64,000 bases of DNA from Lingula anatina. Lineage: Eukaryota; Animalia; Brachiopoda. Position numbers and translations under genes: made by a program. The notes under the pieces were generated by a model. The model was not told where the DNA came from. It saw nothing but the letters and a program-made list of their open reading frames with translations, and searched no databases. Where the stretch lies: the NCBI GenBank assembly GCA_051362555.1, contig CM120640.1, forward strand, positions 45,424,788 through 45,488,787, in the 5' to 3' direction. Below, in pieces: positions 13,701-22,400 of this stretch (its first letter is position 1; every line of letters begins with the position of its first letter).

Positions 13701-15822
13701 TGAAAAAGTCCCATGAAAAGTTGTTTATTTGAAACGATGTTTTTCATCTAAAGGGTTGATTCTTTTAATACCAAAGTGATGTATTGTAATGATGCACGTC
13801 CTTAACTAACCAGAAAAACATAAATTATCTGCATACACCACGTTAAAATTACCAAAAATTGTCCCAAACTGTCACCCAACTGTCTCTAACCAATTTGGGG
13901 ACCCGCCATTTTGAAAAAGTCGGATGAAAAGTTGTCTATTTGAAACGATGTTTTTCATCTAAAGGATTGACTCATTTAATATCACAATGATGTATTGTAA
14001 TAGTGCACGTGCTTAACTAACCAGAAAAACATAAATTATATGCATACATCACGTTGAAATTACCAAAAATTGTCCCAAACTGTCACCCAACTGTCTCTTG
14101 TGACCCGCCATTTTGAAAAAGTCCGATGAAAAGTTGTCTATTTGAAACGATGTTTTTCATCTAAAGGATTGATTCATTTAATACCAAAGTGATGTATTGT
14201 AATGATGCACGTCCTTAACTAACCAGAAAAACATAAATTATGTGCATACATCACGCACTTAAGAAGAAAAAAGTCCTAAACATGGAGGTCCCGCTGAATC
14301 GGCCTCAGATCTTCGAGCTAACGCTGCTTTCTGCTCTGACAAATTTGACTGACAGCCACCGTATGAACATAAAACAATGCTCAAAGCAGATTATCAACTC
14401 TCACTCACCTTTATATCGCTCGACATGGCGTTTTTCTAAGTATAACTTCCAAATATTCGCATTAAACATGAATAAATCAAGACGTATACGCACTGGTTCA
14501 GCTTCTCCGTCTTGAGTCACGCGGAGGCGAGCGGAGGATTAGACCAGTTACGAGGATCGAATTTCAAAGGACGCCGCTTTGAAAAGAATGCTGCGATCTG
14601 ATTGGACGAGAGAGATAATTGATGTCCCGTTTCTACTCCTTCTCATTATAACTTCTTGGTCAGACACAAGAAACACCCATTATCTAACCTTGGTATTAAT
14701 AGAATGAATCATCCTATGCCTGTTCAGATTCCCAAGTAAAGTAAAAGAGGCACTACAGAGTTCACACTTAAATGGCTTCTTTGGCTCATAAACTATTTGA
14801 CCCCCAGGATCTGGTGCTGCTGCTGGGCTGTCTGTTTGTTCCTGTAGCTGATCAACCGGATTGATATTAACACTTTGGACAGTCCCATCATCTTTCATAA
14901 CCTGAAACAATATTGGTCCTGGGGGTGGGGGAAGAAGATGAGGGTCTGAGACCTGAACTAGCTCCTTTACATTTCCATCTGTTATATGATTTGCTTGATC
15001 AACTTGATGGGCAATGCTATCCTCCTCATTACTTTCTGACTTTGGTGCAATATTCCTAAGAACTACAGAATCAACTGGGACCAGCAATTTAGTGAGATTG
15101 GAGAAGTTCTGTTGTATGGAGGTGGTAGTGGTGGCTGTAGTGGGTGTTCCATCAGCATTGTGTTGCTCAGCACCAGGGTTGGTCACAACTACCACATTAG
15201 GTTGTGGTAAGGCATCATTCTCTGTGCTACTTTCACCATTGCTTTCACACAGATAAGTCCCCCACCTACGGGCTGTTGACATTGTACCATCATTATTGAT
15301 TATGAACACTGTTTGCCTATTTGCATCATTCAGGGAATTGCTCTCAGTGGCAATGCCTGTAGTGGTCTCGCCTGAACTTCTACCAGGATTCACTATGACC
15401 ACCTGTTTTGAGTGAGACTGTAATAGTGACTCCACAGTTTGATTAGGTTCATGTTGATAAGCACTGTTAGTAAACTGTATATGATCTTGCAAATCACTTG
15501 AGGCAGCAGCTGGTTGGGAGGAAAACTCTGTCAAGAGTTGAGCTGTCTGTAAAACCTCTGTGGGTACCTCAAAGTTGAGGTCTGTGGTGCCAAGGTCAGA
15601 TAATACTGTCACTATTGAACTGTTACTAGTTGGTGTGATATTCTCTGCACTTGTGTGTAAAACATTAAGACCACTTTCTTCTGCTGGTGAATTTTTTTCT
15701 TCTATATGTGTGGAGGTCTGATCTCCAGGAATAGCTACACCTGTGGAATTACTTTCGTTTTGACGGTTGTGGTCATCTTTTTTTAGTGGGCTTTTCTTCT
15801 GCTGTAACGGTTGTTTTTCCAT
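10743..15822 (-). CDS. C2H2 zinc-finger transcription factor, 5 fingers, long Q/S/T-rich N-terminus (~538 aa)
   Basis: Minus-strand exons 15822-14689, 12196-12076, 11762-11664, 11342-11174, 10836-10743 (TGA), phases consistent. Fingers: CELCSASFTLLGNLNRHRMIH, CNECGRFFLQRCDLIRHTDIH, CEICGKGYIRRSDLVVHTRFH, CTYCGKTYYQSGDLNRHIRSVH, CGHCKKKFTKEATLMRHMQANH. 5'UTR acceptor at 15879-15880 and an upstream non-coding exon donor near 16151. Confidence 0.9.
12453..14659. mobile_element. Non-autonomous DNA transposon, 2.2 kb, 31-bp perfect TIRs, 5-bp TSD TCAGA
   Basis: TIR ccaagaagttataatgagaaggagtagaaac at 12453-12483 with its exact reverse complement at 14629-14659; TCAGA on both flanks (12448-12452, 14660-14664); subterminal inverted motif at 12504-12526 / 14535-14557. 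Confidence 0.85.
13689..14254. repeat. Tandem array of ~200-210-bp units (~2.7 copies) inside the TIR element
   Basis: Unit start gaccc(a/g)ccattttgaaaaagt recurs at 13689, 13900 and 14102, with high identity along the unit. Confidence 0.9.
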
Positions 15823-16151
15823 CTTAGGAAATGTACCACTATTTCACCATGTAATATCATGAGCAACAGAGAGGGAACCTGAAACAAAGGAAAGTTCGAT
15901 AGAAGTATATAAAATTAACCTGAAAATGGAAAGTGAAACCTATTAATATTACAACATGCAGAAATATACATGTAGTTTTGCAATATTTTGCATGGGCATT
16001 GCCACCAATAACTTAGTGATTTGCAGGTAAAACCATGATATAAATCTCGTCAGTTTAGTACTAAGTAAACAATAAAGGGTTGATTTCTAGACAGAAGAAA
16101 TCAAATTCTAATTCCCTGCGACAGTGACAGTAACATGTGAAATCTAATTAC

Positions 16152-16475
16152 CTTCAAAGTTTTATATTTCGTGCCAACACGTAAACACGACTTCGCGGAA
16201 TGCCTTTATGTCGGCCTTAACTGTCTACCTTGTATCCTTCCGCGAGTGACTTGAAGAAATGTTACTCTTCAACAATTTCTCAAATTGTTAGCAAATCAGA
16301 TAATGTATAAAAATAAGGAATGAATCAGGTATTCTTCCAGCTATTTCTTAATCTTTCAATTACCAAAGGCTATCATACAAATGCACATCGAAAAATATTC
16401 TTCGGAGCTTTTTCCGGAAGTAAAATAAGACACTTCCAGGGACGTTGCAGGGCTTTGCAAAACAACACTAATTGA
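16152..16475. promoter_or_regulatory. Probable bidirectional promoter shared by the zinc-finger gene (-) and HOGA1 (+)
   Basis: Head-to-head arrangement: minus-strand first-exon donor at ~16151 and HOGA1 ATG at 16476. Locally CpG-richer; palindromic ETS-type core TTCCGGAA(GT) at 16412-16421. Confidence 0.6.
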
Positions 16476-19400
16476 ATGGCGGTGAAATTAAACCCATTCT
16501 CTTCACTGTCCTTGCGGCCCTTCGTAAAAGCTTATTTGGGCAAACTTAGTCCAAAATCAGACGGATTTAGAGTCATTCTCCGCACCATGTCGACGCAACA
16601 GAAGCTTAATCTGCGAGGCATTTATCCTCCCATCCCGACTGCCTTCGACAGCAACGAAGATATTAGCTACGAAAAGATGGAATATAATTTGAAAAAGTGG
16701 GATACTATTCCATTTAAAGGTATGCAACCAGATGGTTGTTTCATCGTTTCTATGGTTCTGTACGACAAAATTAAAGCAGATGCACGAGTTAGAGTACTTA
16801 TGATATGACGTGCTACAGTAAACAGGGTAGTGTACCAGGGTATTATATTACTGTGTGTATTTGCTATGTGTATACATGGACAGGTATGGAGACCACTTTG
16901 CTACACATGCGCGTAGTACAAGCTTTTTGTAGACTGCAAATTAAAGCATCATTCTCATTATTTATTTAATTATTTTAGCATATTAGGGATTGTTCATATT
17001 GACTTTTGTCAACTTATTTCATGTTGGAAACTGAAGGCCTGTTAGTATTTTATTCTGATTGCAATCAGCAAGAGTTCCTGTGGAGATAGTGTCCATCAGC
17101 TAAATTGACATAACTCATTCTGAATGGTCCCTAAAACTTTCCCATTGACCCTGGTTGATACCAGTACACGGCATTATCAAGACACTTGTAAAATGATATC
17201 CCCAGTGACAATATAATAACCAGCCGTTTTTTCTTACACAGGGTATACAGTGCAAGGTTCAAATGGAGAGTATGCCTACATGACATATGAAGAAAGAGTG
17301 GAGATGGTGAGGAGAGTCAGAGAAATAGTGCCGAAATCCAAACTCATCATAGCTGGGTCTGGTTGTGAATGTATGTACAAAAAGAAAACTCTCTTTCTCC
17401 TTCTTTGGTTTTTTGGTGAAAGATGAACCGGAAAAGAGATTTTAAACATTGCTTTTAAATGCAGAAATGTCAAAATGTCACCCATGAATAGGGAACATCC
17501 CATATTGGAAGGTCAATCTACCAGACATAAGGTCTTGGCCACTGAGCCACCTAGCAGTCAGTGATAACATACATATACTCACATCAGTCTGATGAAGGCC
17601 TCCTACCATACAGATGTAATACATTTTAAAAGATGTAAAAAAAAATTGAAAAATGAGAAAAAATATTCCCTATATATACCTTGCAAAATTCAGCATCATC
17701 TGTATGGGCGCCTTAAATAATAATTGAATAACTGGAAGCCATCAGCTCTGCAGGTGCAAGGTCTCTCAATGTTTTTGCTTAAGTATAATTTGAATAATTT
17801 AAAACACTCTGCCTCAAAATTATGTTAGTCCCTCTTTTCAACCAGACAAATCAAATTTTTTTTACATTGGTTGCCATGATTTTAGCTCTACTTTGAAATA
17901 ATTCTTGCAAGACTAAACAATATTTATGTTTCTACAGCGATATATTTTTTTTATAATGGGATTGGCTTACATTAAAGTGTGTTTTCATGTTACTAAGATA
18001 TCTCATATTTGTATTTTCAGCCACCCGTGATACTATCACATTGAGCCAGAAGATGGCAGCAGTTGGTGCTGATGCAGTACTGGTGGTGACTCCTTGCTAT
18101 TACAAGAATGGTATGACTGACCTTGCAATGGAGAAACATTACACTGCTGTAAGGACACATTAATATCCTTGATCCATAACTGTTATCAAATTCAGAGATT
18201 TCCAGAATAAAGCTGTTTATATTAAAACTAAAGATGAGACCAGATATGTGCAAGGAAGATTGCTCAGATTAAATAAGGTTGTATGTTGTACAGTTGTCTG
18301 ATGGTACAAATAGTTATATAGTAAAGTTGGCAAAATAGACAGGGACATTTCCATTTACCTGAATTACACATGCACAACAGATGTGGTTGAATAGTGAAGT
18401 GAGCATCATTTGCAAGGTGTATAATATTGTCAAGATAAAGTAGTGAGTTCTTCAGTCTTTAGATTTACTAGTATGAGTTTGTGTGGTTCTCATTGACAAT
18501 ATATATGCTATATATATGTTGTTGTTATGGGTCTAATCAGTGTTTTTGGTGTAGTACTTTAACTGCTATATAAACATATTTTGCAAATGGCTACAAAACT
18601 ACTGTAATGTGTGTTTTGCTGACCAGGTCAGACTTGTAAGTCTCTTATACACGTGTAACAAATACAATGCCTTTTGATATTATTTTCCAGGTAGCTGATA
18701 ACTGTCCAGTGCCTGTGATATTATACAGTTGTCCAGGTAATACTGGCATTAACCTGTCTGGGGAGGTGGTCATTAAGCTGGCGAAACACCCTAATATAAT
18801 AGGATTTAAAGACAGTGGAGGCGATGTAAGATACCATTCTCAAGATTTAATTTTCTTTTCCCTTTTTTCTCTGTATGATAAGGGTATTTTTTTCTTCAAT
18901 TTTTCATTTCATTCTGTTCATTAGTAACTTTCTGAATTTTTCATTTTATGTATAATACAGTATTTTGGTTTCAATGTATGCTGAGAACTTTTAGTATAAT
19001 TCTTCATTTTTAATTTTTTGAGTTTTTTTGTACATAGTTTAAACAGACAAATGTTTGTGTTGCATTTGTGAGTTAAAGCTTGGTGAAAAGGGATCTTGTT
19101 ACATTTGAAAAGTTTACATTCTATCACTATTTTCTTAAGAAAATGTATTATGGGAACATTACAGATGTGTTTCATTTTGAATTCAAGGTTGCAAAATTAG
19201 GAAATATTGTGCACAAGACTGCTGGCCAGGATTTCCATGTGATTGCAGGATCAGCAAGCTTTCTGCTTCCAGCTCTGGCAGTAGGTAAGTCATAGCTGTA
19301 GATAGGTGGCAGTAGTGGTAGTTGATGGCTGTAGATAGGTGGCAGTAGTGGTAGTTGATTGCTGTAGATAGGTGGCAGTAGTGGTAGTTGATGGCTGGAG

Positions 19401-22400
19401 ATAGGTGGCAGTAGTGGTAGTTGATGGCTGTAGATAGGTGGCAGTAGTGGTAGTTGATGGCTGGAGATAGGTGGCAGTAGTGGTAGTTGATGGCTGGAGA
19501 TAGGTGATGAGTGTAGGTAGATGATGACAATGAGACAGAGCATGATATTACATGCAATTGGATCTTTGAAGTTTTTTCCACAAAAGTTTCTTAGCTTTTA
19601 AAAGTTCAAAAGAATATTTTTGATAGTGGTCTTTTCATTAATACTAATTTAGTTTTTGCCTTAGTTACAGGAACTTGTAATTTTTCTTTGATACATGCTC
19701 CTGCATTGTTTTGTTTTTGTTGGGAAAGATAATTAAAAAAAAAAATTCACGTATATTGTTGTGCCTTTGTGTTATATTTACCATTATTACATTTGTTATT
19801 CATAAATCTTTGCAAAATTGGACTTCCAAAGAATTGGAGTATTTAATGAATATTAAATAATTCTTCAGTGGATGAGGTCACAGGAGAGCCAGAAATATTT
19901 TTAAAGTCATAATAACTCTTTGTTTTGGCCAAAAATTGGATTTTCCTGGAAAAAACGGCAATTTTCCCGTACTTACCAATGGCCAACGACCCCATTCCTG
20001 CATTCAAAGTTAATCCAGGGTTTTTTTCCTAAACGTACGGTTTTTTGTTAAAATCTCTTAAGAGATTTTAACTGACGGAGCTCTCTCTCTGACATTGCAA
20101 AGTCACTGGTGACCTACTTAAAACCGCGGGAAAAGCAGACAACAACAACACTATATAAGATTCATGAGATATATTCGTCTTTTGGTTAAAAATGCATTTA
20201 TATCCACAATGTGTGCCATTCCGGGCTTTTCGTTATCCGACGTACTGTACAAAAACTCGCAACTTACGTCTGTGTCCGCATTAATGCGTTTGGCGCCATC
20301 TTATTTTGGTCTCGAATGAATGCGAGAATCCGCGTGACACCATTACGTCATTAGCAACGAGTGCCTTGATGACTGGGAAGAAAGGCTCGAAAGCCCTATT
20401 GACAAGTACAGATTTTAGTTTTACTACAATAACGGCCGTTTCAGTGGTAAAATACAATAGAATATATTTCCACGCGTTGTTTACAATGTATTTCATGCGG
20501 AATTTTGAATCTCAAAGGAAGAGTTATTATTGCTTTAATCATATTTTATTACATTCAAAATAAATACATTCCAACAAACTCTGCAACCTTATTACAGAAA
20601 AAGTGAATTGAAAGCTACAACTATCACAGACACCAGTGCCAAATAAATATAGTTTTTAATTAAAGTTTTGCCAGTAATACAAAGAAAAAATTAAAGTTCA
20701 GGAGCGAAAAATATTTTATGCTCCTATAGAATTGTCCAATTTATACAGTGTCAAATGAACAAAATTGAACATTTAATACAACTTATCAGAGTACTTTTCC
20801 AACTGTGTGTGTGTGTATGTTCTCAGTGAAAAAAAAATATTCATACAACTGGAACCATTATAATAATAGTTTTCATTCTGGTAGCATTTGAAGTGTCATA
20901 AAAATTTAAAGTCTGGCACAGAACTTTTCCACTTCATCATGTATGTATTTGGTACATGAGGGACATTGGCGATGAGATCCTATACGGTGATATGTAGTAT
21001 CATCCCCGTCAACCTGCTGACAGGAATATGGCCGTTGTTTGACATCATTGACAACAACAACACTCTTGAGAAATCTTTTCAGGTCATTCCCAAGTGATTC
21101 ATAGCTTTCTACTTTATTCATAAGAATCTGGACCAAAACATCGGTTCCTATTTCTCGAAAGTCTGGTTGTTGTTTAAGTGTGGACAGTGAGGTTGAGTCA
21201 GCATATTTTATGCACTTCTCCAGCAGTCTTGGTAGATAATATTTCTGGGCTATCACCAAGATTTTTATGCTGCAGGGCTTGGATAGAAGAAACTCTTCTG
21301 CTTGATGAACAAATTTTGTGAATTGGTACTCTTGGAGCAGGGGAAGAACTGTAAAAACATTGGTATCTGAAAGTTTTAAGATAGTCATTGTTAATATGAA
21401 TCTTAAATGGTTACACCAGTGACCTAATGTACTTGTTGTTTTCTGATGCTTTGTACTTTGTTATGCAAATGAAATGTTAAGATTATCTGTGATATTTATT
21501 TACTGAATTGGCCCATCAACTACTGCATTTACATTATGAGTCTTTTTTAAACCTTTTTTTTTATTGGAAATAGTGTTTATATCACTTAGGGACATTTGTG
21601 AACCATAACTCTTAAAGTCAATGGATCAATGTTTGCTCATTAGAATCTGGAATTGTCAGGAGAGAATTCATTTTACAATGCATCACCATGGGAATGGGCT
21701 AAAAGCTCCCACAATTTCAGTAAATTAACCATGTTTTTCAATTTTTTCCATTTTATTACCATATCTCAATTTAATGTACCAAAAGTCTTGCTAATGTAAA
21801 TATTGAATGTTTCTTGAAAATTGTTAATTGTAGTTCTGCATGTTTTGGAATTGCATGTTTTGTAAGGCACACATTACCAAGTCACTTCATAAGCAAAAGA
21901 TAAAAGAAGAAAAGAAAAAAACTGTGTACGTTTATTTATCCAGGATTAATTATATTAATGAGAGAAAATGTACTTTAATATGATGTAGAGACCTGATCAA
22001 TAGCTGAGTATGAAAATACGATTGCAAATGTGCATTATTGATGTTTTGTCTAATATTTTTGTTGTCTCAGCCTTTTGGAGACATATACAGAGAACATAGT
22101 TTTTAATGGCATACTAGATTTATATATAATGGTAAAATAAGAATAAAGTGAATACACAGTGTGCTGAATTATAATAAAGATACATTGAGTTCTGTTATAA
22201 GTGTTGTATGATGGATGTTGCAGCATTGCATAACAGTGAAAATCAATACCATCAGATAGTGTTTTGCTGTAACCCTACATACAAGTATTACACATTATAA
22301 ACAGCCCTTCATTCACTACTAACAATATTTTAGTATCCATATATATATGATGCTTACCATCTATAGGCTTAAGAGGTGGGTGGATGACAGCCATCAGTTC

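Noticed and set aside
19276-19507. CRISPR-like periodicity here and at 63290-64000
   Set aside because: Units are contiguous with no unique spacers, there are no cas genes, and the context is eukaryotic.
19172-19581. Repetitive ORFs ([10 protein letters not shown] / [10 protein letters not shown] repeats)
   Set aside because: Translations of a 33-bp intronic minisatellite; no splice or homology support.
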